This document shows, piece by piece, positions 9,294 to 17,217 of a DNA stretch of 64,000 bases (its first letter is position 1; every line of letters starts with the position of its first letter). The notes beneath the pieces were generated by a model. The model did not search any database. It was not told where the DNA came from and saw only the letters and a list, made by a program, of their open reading frames with translations. The position numbers were made by a program, and so were the translations under genes. The DNA is from Candidatus Latescibacterota bacterium (GTDB lineage: Bacteria; Latescibacterota; UBA2968). The stretch lies in contig OZ241986.1 of assembly GCA_965204375.1 (NCBI GenBank), positions 4,928,001 through 4,992,000 on the forward strand, given 5' to 3'.

Positions 9294-11173
9294 TGTCGAT
9301 TGATCTCAATGGCCTCAATGAGAATCAGCGCACTGCCGTATCGTGGAACAGCGGACCGCTTCTGGTCCTGGCGGGACCGGGTTCTGGCAAGACGCGCGTC
9401 TTGACATTCCGCGTCGCACGATTGCTTGAAGAACGCGAGGACGTGACAGCACTCGCGCTCACCTTTACGAACAAGGCTGCCGCCGAGATGCGCGAGCGCG
9501 TGGAGGCACTTCTCGGCGAACGCACAAGTCGCGCTCGTTTGCATACATTTCATTCCTTTGCAGCCACCATACTGCGTCAGCACGGAAGTCATTTGGGACT
9601 GCGGCCCGACTTTAGTTTGATCACGCAAGACCAGGACCAAATCTCCATCCTCGACGAGATTATAGCTAAATTGCCCGATTATGAAACACCATTGCCAACA
9701 GATCGAAAAAATCTCCTCAGCCTCATTGAACGCCTTTTTGCTGAATCCTATGACGGGTACGGAGACGCGCCATCACTTATTCGTACGCCCGAGTGGCTCC
9801 CACATCTCTTTGTAAGCTACTGCGATACTCTTTTAGCCAGTAACCGGCTCGACTTCGGAAGTTTGCTTCACTTCGCTCGGCGACTTCTGGAGGAGAAGCC
9901 TGGCGTCGCGCGAGTGGTGCGAATTGGTTGGTCCCACGTTTGCGTCGATGAGTTCCAAGACACCAACAAGGCACAGTACGATTTGCTCCGGCTAATTGCA
10001 CCCGATAAGCAACACAACCTCTTCGTAGTCGGTGACGACGATCAGATTATATATCAATGGAATGGCGCAAGCCCAGAACGGCTCGCGCATCTACAGCGGG
10101 ACTACAAGATGGTTGTGGTCCAACTCCCAGAATGCTATCGCTGTCCCGCGCCTATCATCGAGCTTGCCAATCACCTTATAGCTCATAATCGTCTGCGCAC
10201 TCCAGGCAAGACACCCATCACACCTCGATCCACGGCGAATCTGAATGGCAACCCTGTTCGCTATGGCATCTTCGCATCACCAGAAAAAGAAGCGGCATTC
10301 ATTCCAAAGGATATTCGCACTCGTGGTCTCCGAGGTGAGGAGTGCGTGGTTCTGGGGCGGTCCGTGAAGTTAATTGAGTGTGCAGCAGATGCTCTGCGCG
10401 ATGCTGGTTATGAAGCATATCTGGCGCGACAAAAGAACGACTTCGAGTCGGCTTCCGTGTGTGTGATGGTTGAGGCCCTTCGTTTAGCCAATGGGCGCCA
10501 CGACCGCGATATCCTGCGACGGCTCTGTCTCGCGTGGAAGAAACTGTCCGGGCAGACGCTTGAGGTTGACGATGTGGTCGCAAATGCCGCGCTTGTGGGC
10601 GGAGATTTCCTGCGTGCGTGGACTGATGCAGCATCCACAGACACAACAGGATGCGCTACCTTAACGCGCATTCGTTCAGATCTCGTAGATTCACTCGCCT
10701 TTCTGGAAATTATCAATTGGTTCCTCAATCAAGGCTGGCAGTTTTGGAGCGAAAAAGATGACCAGGATGCCGCCGATGAGGTGAAAACTTGGGAAAATCT
10801 GCATGACGAGATCATCCGCGAGTATAATCAGGGCAGCTTGACCTTGAACGCCTATCTTCAACAGATGGATCTCACTTCGAAAACACCTCGTCCAGGGCCG
10901 AACGCTGTGCGCTGTATGACTATGCATGGCGCAAAGGGTTTAGAGTTCAAGCATGTCTATCTAATTGGCCTGGCGCAAGAGGTACTCCCATCATATTACG
11001 CACTACAAAATGGGGAGAGAAGCAAGGAAGTGGAAGAGGAGCGGAGAAACTGCTTCGTAGCCATCACGCGGGCTGAGGAAACGCTGACACTTACGAGATC
11101 TGCACAGTACTACGGATACTTGAAGGCACCCTCTCAGTTCTTGGCAGAAATGGGAATCAGAGATAACAAATGA
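9290..11173 (+). CDS. gajB: UvrD/REP-like SF1 helicase (GajB-like)
   Basis: LAGPGSGKT, TFTNKAA, VDEFQD, VGDDDQIIY, TMHGAKGLEF, EERRNCFVAITRA; coupled to OLD nuclease. Confidence 0.85.
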   Translation: MMSIDLNGLNENQRTAVSWNSGPLLVLAGPGSGKTRVLTFRVARLLEEREDVTALALTFTNKAAAEMRERVEALLGERTSRARLHTFHSFAATILRQHGSHLGLRPDFSLITQDQDQISILDEIIAKLPDYETPLPTDRKNLLSLIERLFAESYDGYGDAPSLIRTPEWLPHLFVSYCDTLLASNRLDFGSLLHFARRLLEEKPGVARVVRIGWSHVCVDEFQDTNKAQYDLLRLIAPDKQHNLFVVGDDDQIIYQWNGASPERLAHLQRDYKMVVVQLPECYRCPAPIIELANHLIAHNRLRTPGKTPITPRSTANLNGNPVRYGIFASPEKEAAFIPKDIRTRGLRGEECVVLGRSVKLIECAADALRDAGYEAYLARQKNDFESASVCVMVEALRLANGRHDRDILRRLCLAWKKLSGQTLEVDDVVANAALVGGDFLRAWTDAASTDTTGCATLTRIRSDLVDSLAFLEIINWFLNQGWQFWSEKDDQDAADEVKTWENLHDEIIREYNQGSLTLNAYLQQMDLTSKTPRPGPNAVRCMTMHGAKGLEFKHVYLIGLAQEVLPSYYALQNGERSKEVEEERRNCFVAITRAEETLTLTRSAQYYGYLKAPSQFLAEMGIRDNK

Positions 11174-11188
11174 TTTGAAGACTATAAA

Positions 11189-11497
11189 GTGATGGCTGAC
11201 AACGGCATTAAAATAACCATGACGCCTTCGCACCCCGGAGATTTCATCCGCACGGAAATTGTTGAGGAACTGGGATTGAGTGTTACAGAGGCAGCCGAGA
11301 TTCTGGGCGTTCATCGAGCCACCCTTTTCGACCTGTTGAACAGCAATACAACCCTATCAGCGGAGATGGCTCTGCGTATTGAAAAAGCCTTTGGCATCAG
11401 CATGGACACACTATTGCGAATGCAGGCGTGGTACGACGCCGCACAAATGCGGGCGCGTGCAGATGAGATTGAGGTCAAACGCTATCAACCTGCTTGA
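11189..11497 (+). CDS. higA: HigA-family antitoxin (HTH), no cognate toxin adjacent
   Basis: PSHPGDFIR…LSVTEAAEILGV…LSAEMALRIEKAFG…LLRMQAWYD. Confidence 0.85.
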   Translation: MMADNGIKITMTPSHPGDFIRTEIVEELGLSVTEAAEILGVHRATLFDLLNSNTTLSAEMALRIEKAFGISMDTLLRMQAWYDAAQMRARADEIEVKRYQPA

Positions 11498-11539
11498 CAA
11501 CAGCTACTTGCGACCTTCAAGTTTTTTGAGAAAATAACG

Positions 11540-11761
11540 ATGAGAATATCTTATGATCGGGAAGTGGATGCGCTGTACATTTGCTTCAAGGAAACAACGG
11601 TGACAACGAAACATCTCAAAGATGGGATTGCGCTGGATTACGATGAGGCAGACCGTCTCGCGGGCATCGAAATTCTCGACGCTATGAAGCGGCTGGATGA
11701 TCCAGAGATATTCAAACAGGTCATCATAGAAGACATCGCGCTCGGTGAAAATAGAGCCTGA
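11540..11761 (+). CDS. DUF2283 family protein (antitoxin-like)
   Basis: MRISYDREVDALYI…GIEILDA signature. Confidence 0.85.
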   Translation: MRISYDREVDALYICFKETTVTTKHLKDGIALDYDEADRLAGIEILDAMKRLDDPEIFKQVIIEDIALGENRA

Positions 11762-11790
11762 GTGAACGCTGATCGGGCGAACTGAATCAC

Positions 11791-11862
11791 ATGATCAAGA
11801 ACGAGCGACAGTATAAAATAACGAGAGCGCAGGCAGGCATTCAAGCAAGTAACACGCGCTGA
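11791..11862 (+). pseudogene. N-terminal fragment of an XRE/HTH antitoxin-like gene
   Basis: MIKNERQYKITRAQA start, similarity lost where the convergent rpn gene ends. Confidence 0.5.
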
Positions 11863-12770
11863 AATGCTTCAAGATTGGGCACCTGTATCGCCGCACGGAG
11901 CAACTGCTTGAGGTGTTGCAAATCATCAATCGCAGCAATGCGAGCAGATATAGGGTGTGTCTCGGGCATATCAAATCGAATCTTCAAGACATCAAGGATA
12001 TCTTCAATGGCGCGTTGCCTGCCTCCTTGCTCAATACCTTGCTCAATACCTTGCTCAATACCTTCCTCTCTACCTTGCTCAATGCCCAATTGCTTAATGT
12101 ATTGTGCAAACGATGACTCGCGCATAATGGCATCCATAAGACCCTCCTGTAATAGAATACGATTGATCAGGCTCGGATCATACTCTAACCCACTCAATAT
12201 CATCAACCTGCCCAAAAAGTCAACCTTTATTGATTCATCCACCGGCAAGGCATTCGTCGTGTCAACACAGTGACGCAACCACGCCTCTGAATCTATTCCA
12301 ACAGGACGTTTCATCAACGATGCGAATGGAAACAAGCCCGAAGGTCCGCCATCGAGAATGTCCTGTCCTTCTATCTCACTCAGCCGAACCACTGTGTATT
12401 TGATCACAACAAGATGACCGGATATTTCATGAATAAAGTACCCTGGATCGCGCCGACCCGCACTGCGCCGCAAGTAGATCACACTGGAATAAATCGGCAG
12501 ACCATGATGCTCAATCGCACGTATAATATAGCCCGCCATGCGGATCGGCATAGATGGATCGTCAGTGGTTTGAAACTCGTGATGTATCAATGCCTCCTTG
12601 CCCGCAATGTGGACGCGGATGAGGCTATCGGTATGTCGTGTTTCAACTGTCTTTTGCTCTGTGTCGAGTATGTCGAGGACTTCTATATCGTCCTGTCCAA
12701 ATGTGAGTCGGATGAAGTCTTTGGGATAGGTTTGGATGAGATGTTTGGAGATGGTGTCATATTCGGCCAT
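11841..12770 (-). CDS. Rpn/YhgA-like PD-(D/E)XK recombination-promoting nuclease (putative transposase)
   Basis: YDTISKHL…TDSLI…HHEFQT…MPIRMAGY; C-terminal EQGREEGIEQGIEQGIEQG 12-bp repeats at about 12025-12085. Confidence 0.8.
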   Translation of the reverse strand: MAEYDTISKHLIQTYPKDFIRLTFGQDDIEVLDILDTEQKTVETRHTDSLIRVHIAGKEALIHHEFQTTDDPSMPIRMAGYIIRAIEHHGLPIYSSVIYLRRSAGRRDPGYFIHEISGHLVVIKYTVVRLSEIEGQDILDGGPSGLFPFASLMKRPVGIDSEAWLRHCVDTTNALPVDESIKVDFLGRLMILSGLEYDPSLINRILLQEGLMDAIMRESSFAQYIKQLGIEQGREEGIEQGIEQGIEQGGRQRAIEDILDVLKIRFDMPETHPISARIAAIDDLQHLKQLLRAAIQVPNLEAFQRVLLA

Positions 12771-13245
12771 GTGGAATGCCTCGCGTCTAATGGGGTGAGG
12801 GACAGTCAGACACAAAGCAAATAGCAGGCCAAAAAATAGTAATCCTCCAGAAATTGAGCGATATTTTGTATTCGGAGACGCCTGAACACCGTATTATATT
12901 TTATATACGTTGTATTCACACTTGTTCACAACCTGAATTTAAATCCGCAGATAGACTCAGATAGGCACAGGCAGGCGGCGCAGCAAGCAGGTGAAAGACG
13001 GAAGGGTACATTTTGAGCTATGAATAGGCGGTCAGGTGAAAAATATGTACCATTTGCCCTGTGGTCGCCGTGGTGAAAAACGCTCAAATGAACTGCTACA
13101 TAGTTGTACTCGCGTTTTTTTTGATTGCGCGTAACGTCAGGGAATAAGATATTGCAAAAACCAAACGAGTTCTACAGGGACGATTACGGCCCATTGACTG
13201 GGATGTTGCCGTCCACTAAATACACTGATCATAGTACGCGAATCA

Positions 13246-13294
13246 GTGAAACAAAAATACCTCTTGACACATCTATTTAAGATGGCTTAAATCG
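13246..13294 (+). repeat. 49-bp promoter-like repeat, copy 2
   Basis: 45/49 identical to 7636-7684. Confidence 0.85.
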
Positions 13295-13361
13295 ATGGCT
13301 GAAGAGTATGCTATCCGTTTGCTATCTTCAAAATACACATTTGTGTACAAGCACTGGAGTA

Positions 13362-13410
13362 CATTACAAAAATCCCGTCTGGTCATTCCAGCGCGGGATT
13401 TTTATTACAT
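13362..13410 (+). terminator. 49-bp terminator-like repeat, copy 2
   Basis: Identical to 8214-8262. Confidence 0.8.
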
Positions 13411-13448
13411 ATCGCGCTCAGTGAAATCAGTTGGGTCATAAATTTGCT

Positions 13449-14084
13449 ATGAATCCTGAGAACAAAATACTTTTAACGCCTGATACTCCTGAATATCCAG
13501 CGGCATTACAGCGTTGTTCCGATAATGGGCGTCTGCTAACGGTCACAGCGCAGGGTAACCTCGATGTACTCGACAGTACATTGCTCGGCTTCTTCTGCTC
13601 GGTGCGCTCTCCCGGCGACACAATCCTCAAGACCTACGACCTTGCACGGGCACTACGAGACACAGACGCGACAATTATCGGCGGTTTCCAGTCACCGATG
13701 GAAAAGGAATGCCTGGATCTGTTGTTGCGGGGTACAGCACCCGTTGTCGCCTGCCCGGCGCGGGGACTCAATCGCATGCGAACTCCGAAAAGCTGGAAAA
13801 AGCCGCTCGCCGAAGGACGCCTGCTAATCCTTTCCTTTTTCGACAGCAACATCCATCGCCCAACTGCAACCATAGCAGCCCGGCGCAACGCGTATATCGC
13901 CGCACTCGCCGACCGCATCCTCATCGCCCATGCTGAACCGGGCGGCAAAACAGAGACGCTATGCAAGGACGCACTCGCTCAAAACAAGCCGGTATTTGTC
14001 CTTGACTCACCCGACAATGCTCACCTTATAGAACTCGGCACTATTCCTATCTCTGCTAACGATCCTGAAAAACTTATTCCTTGA
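13449..14084 (+). CDS. Short DprA/Smf-like (SLOG fold) protein
   Basis: LGFFCSVRSPG…IGGFQSPMEKECL…ARRNAYIAALADRILIAHAEPGGKT; start chosen at ATG 13449. Confidence 0.75.
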   Translation: MNPENKILLTPDTPEYPAALQRCSDNGRLLTVTAQGNLDVLDSTLLGFFCSVRSPGDTILKTYDLARALRDTDATIIGGFQSPMEKECLDLLLRGTAPVVACPARGLNRMRTPKSWKKPLAEGRLLILSFFDSNIHRPTATIAARRNAYIAALADRILIAHAEPGGKTETLCKDALAQNKPVFVLDSPDNAHLIELGTIPISANDPEKLIP

Positions 14085-14204
14085 TAACACGGTGATTTTT
14101 AAATACTGTTCTGAATATAGCAATCAATCTCAATAATTATGCATGCTGGATCGCGGCTAAAACCCTGCCGCGATGACGGCACTATTGATGGGGCTGATTG
14201 ATGA

Positions 14205-15524
14205 TTAAGAACTCTCCATCTCAACTTCTATCATTTCACCAAGCCGGTCAATCAGATAAACCGGTATATGGATCACGTTTAGACCTGTAGAAGTCGTGAG
14301 TTTCCCTGGCATATCGAGATTGACGAGAACGCCCAAATTGCTCCCATGCCGCGCAGCGTATTCTGACAGACCGCCTGTATCCCGCGGCCTTGTAACAAGC
14401 GACGCTTTGCACTCGATGGGGATGGTATCGTCCAATGCCGTGCGAAAGATAAAATCGACTTCAGAACTATTGGCCCCTTTTTTCCAACCCGTCAAATCCT
14501 GTCCCAATGCCACGAGTTCAGTCGCCAGCATATTCTCAATAATACCCCCAAGGGGCGCACGATGAGCGGCATCGAGACTTGAGAGAATATCAATACGCGG
14601 CAGTGCCGTCAGCCGCAGATCATTGGCCAATCCCGGATCGTAGAGATAGCGTTTGGGCGAAAAGCCCTGCTGCTCTGGGCGTGTACCCTGAATATTGGAC
14701 TTGTAAATCAGTTTCCACGACTCGAGTAAATCCAGAAAATCCGGTACCCTTCTATAAAGAGCTGACGTAGGCCGAACCATCTGCGCGTACTTGCTCGGGC
14801 TGCCGAGATTTGATGCCACACCGCGCAAACACTGATCGAATAAAGATGCTTCTGTTGCCGAAAAAATTCTGGCAAAATCACTGCGATAGTCAAAATATAA
14901 ATCCCGACGCAACTGCCGCCAATCCATCTGGTCAAAAAACGATGAGGCAACCGCCGGTAGCCCTCCCACATCGAGATACGACTGCACGTATTTGAGAAGG
15001 CGTTCATGTAAAAACGGTGGAGGGTCCTTGAAATTGAGCAATTCTTCCTCGTTACCACAGCGGAGAAACTCTCTAAAACTGAAGGTTTGCAACAAAAATC
15101 GCGTAACCCTTCCAACGGGAAAGCGCGTTTCTGGCCCGAAGATGCGCGACATAGAACTACCCGTGAGAATAACCGGTGTGTGCTGCCATTTTTCTTTCAT
15201 AAATCGCACAAAACTGCCCAGCACAGAACTCTCCTGCGCCTCATCAATACACAAAATGCGTTGCCCATCGCCTTTGAACTGGTACACAGTCGCAAGATAC
15301 GTCTCAAAATCTGCAAAATCCCTGCAAGAATTGAGATCGTGAACCGCGCGGTTGTCCTCCTCCAGATTCAAATAGAGAATCTCGCGGTCCAGTTTCGGTC
15401 TGATAGATTCTACAAGCGTGGTCTTGCCAACCTGCCGCGCGCCCTCTAACAGGGCGACATTCGGATGTTCAACGCGATGAGATAGATGTGCAATCAGACG
15501 TTTTTCCAGATCTCTTTGTACCAT
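14205..15524 (-). CDS. AAA_14 ATPase with DUF4143 domain
   Basis: GARQVGKT, IDEAQ, LTGSS, KRYLYDPG, ENMLATEL, EVDFI, PIECK; RBS GAGGA before ATG 15524. Confidence 0.88.
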   Translation of the reverse strand: MVQRDLEKRLIAHLSHRVEHPNVALLEGARQVGKTTLVESIRPKLDREILYLNLEEDNRAVHDLNSCRDFADFETYLATVYQFKGDGQRILCIDEAQESSVLGSFVRFMKEKWQHTPVILTGSSMSRIFGPETRFPVGRVTRFLLQTFSFREFLRCGNEEELLNFKDPPPFLHERLLKYVQSYLDVGGLPAVASSFFDQMDWRQLRRDLYFDYRSDFARIFSATEASLFDQCLRGVASNLGSPSKYAQMVRPTSALYRRVPDFLDLLESWKLIYKSNIQGTRPEQQGFSPKRYLYDPGLANDLRLTALPRIDILSSLDAAHRAPLGGIIENMLATELVALGQDLTGWKKGANSSEVDFIFRTALDDTIPIECKASLVTRPRDTGGLSEYAARHGSNLGVLVNLDMPGKLTTSTGLNVIHIPVYLIDRLGEMIEVEMESS

Positions 15525-15545
15525 GCTTTTATCCTCTTTCGACAA

Positions 15546-15595
15546 AATTTAGCTAAAAATTGTCATGATTTCAACAGAATTTAGCTAAAAATTGT
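15546..15595. promoter_or_regulatory. Two 18-bp operator-like direct repeats with palindromic core TTTAGCTAAA
   Basis: AATTTAGCTAAAAATTGT at 15546-15563 and 15578-15595. Confidence 0.6.
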
Positions 15596-15632
15596 ACGAA
15601 TTCAGAAGAAAAGCACCTGGAGACAGGTCGTC

Positions 15633-16058
15633 ATGAAACGGATCGCAATTATATTTTTGGGATTGTTCTTGAGCACTTGTGGCGCAGAATCGCCTACATC
15701 GCCACAGGCCCTGGCGGGAATCTACACATTGCAGGCGGTTAAAATTGACTCGGGAATCGGACGCGCCCAGGTCTATCGAAATCATGAGGCGGAAGAAAAT
15801 CCACCCACTGGATTTATCGAATTAAACCCGGACAGAACCTATCGCTTATTTGCGAGCTTTGGCGGTCCGGATCAAAATATTTGGGAAACGAATGGAAACT
15901 ACGCTATAAATTCGAAATTGGAAATCACATTTTCCACATCGGGAAGAAATTTCTCGGGATTTTTCTACAACAAACAAAGTCGGATTGCCGTGACAGAATC
16001 ACTCTCTGATTCTATCGTACTCATGATATTTGAAAGAGATCAACAGACGCCATCCTAA
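15633..16058 (+). CDS. Hypothetical lipoprotein (possibly lipocalin-like)
   Basis: Signal peptide with LSTC lipobox; LAGIYTL motif. Confidence 0.7.
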   Translation: MKRIAIIFLGLFLSTCGAESPTSPQALAGIYTLQAVKIDSGIGRAQVYRNHEAEENPPTGFIELNPDRTYRLFASFGGPDQNIWETNGNYAINSKLEITFSTSGRNFSGFFYNKQSRIAVTESLSDSIVLMIFERDQQTPS

Positions 16059-16067
16059 CCCCCTCAC

Positions 16068-16994
16068 TCACACCCCCAACACCATCTGCAACAGCGCCAT
16101 ACGAATAAAAACACCGTTATGTGCCTGGCGAAAATACGCAGCGCGGGGATCTGTATCAACAGCCGGATCAATCTCATCCACCCTGGGCAAGGGATGCATC
16201 ACAATCGCATTCTCCGAAAGCGCCGACATCGTCTCCACATCGATAATATATTTTCCCCGCGCCCTTTCATAATCTTGTATCCGATCACCAAACCGCTCGC
16301 GCTGAATCCGCGTCTGATACACCACATCTACCTTCGACATCACGCTCATCAAATCTTCTTCTTCCTCAAACACCACCCCGTGTTCTGTCAGATATCCCTT
16401 GATATCATCTCTCATACGCACGACATTTGGCGCGACAAAATACAACTTCACACCTTCGTACTTCGTCAACAAATAAGCCAGCGATCGCGCCGTGCGACCA
16501 TTTGCCAAATCGCCGACCAATGCCACGTGAATACCATCTAACCTGCCGATCTCTTTCTGAATCGTGTACACATCCAAAAGCGCCTGCGTGGGATGCTGCC
16601 CAGGCCCGTCGCCCGCATTGATAATGGGAACCTTTGCCACATCTGCTGCTCGTCGCGCAGAGCCGCCCTCGTAGTGCCGCAACACAATCACATCGGAATA
16701 CCCCTCTACAATACGGATCGTATCCTCCAGCGTCTCACCCTTTGCCGCCGAAGAAAACTCCCGCGCACTCTCCGTCGTAATCACTTCGCCGCCCAGGCGA
16801 TACATCGCCGCTTCAAAAGACAACCGCGTGCGCGTACTCGGTTCATAAAACAAAGTCGCCATAATCCGCCGATTCAAAATATTCGAACCATAACGGCTGA
16901 CCACATGCTCCATCTCGCGCGTCACGTCAAAAATCTCATTCATAACATCTCGACTAAATTGCTGCGCCTCAAGTACGTGAAACAGACTGTCCAT
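16068..16994 (-). CDS. pyrB: Aspartate carbamoyltransferase catalytic subunit
   Basis: [27 protein letters not shown] motifs. Confidence 0.97.
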   Translation of the reverse strand: MDSLFHVLEAQQFSRDVMNEIFDVTREMEHVVSRYGSNILNRRIMATLFYEPSTRTRLSFEAAMYRLGGEVITTESAREFSSAAKGETLEDTIRIVEGYSDVIVLRHYEGGSARRAADVAKVPIINAGDGPGQHPTQALLDVYTIQKEIGRLDGIHVALVGDLANGRTARSLAYLLTKYEGVKLYFVAPNVVRMRDDIKGYLTEHGVVFEEEEDLMSVMSKVDVVYQTRIQRERFGDRIQDYERARGKYIIDVETMSALSENAIVMHPLPRVDEIDPAVDTDPRAAYFRQAHNGVFIRMALLQMVLGV

Positions 16995-17010
16995 ATCTTA
17001 CCCTCCGCGT

Positions 17011-17111
17011 AAAAAAAAACGCCCCCTTGTGAGGGAGCGTTTGTATTCAATATTTGTTTTGCCCAGTCGTCATTTGTCCCAAAATATAGGCGAGAAAAAC
17101 GGCTTTTGCAA
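17011..17111 (-). promoter_or_regulatory. pyrB promoter and attenuator-like leader
   Basis: TTGCAA-17-TATATT, 8-aa uORF 17073-17047, 9-bp hairpin plus T9 immediately before the pyrB RBS. Confidence 0.65.
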
Positions 17112-17217
17112 GAGGAAAAAACGCGTGAAAACCGACCACAAGTTGACACAAACCCAAAATCAGAGTATCATTTGGCCTCTAACCGCTGACCACGATACAC
17201 CAATTGAGGAACCACCT

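Noticed and set aside
12025-12085. 12-bp tandem repeats
   Set aside because: Ordinary coding EQGI repeats typical of Rpn C-termini
13170-13245. Possible tRNA or att site at the island
   Set aside because: No cloverleaf or T-loop motif; no tRNA or rRNA recognised anywhere in the window
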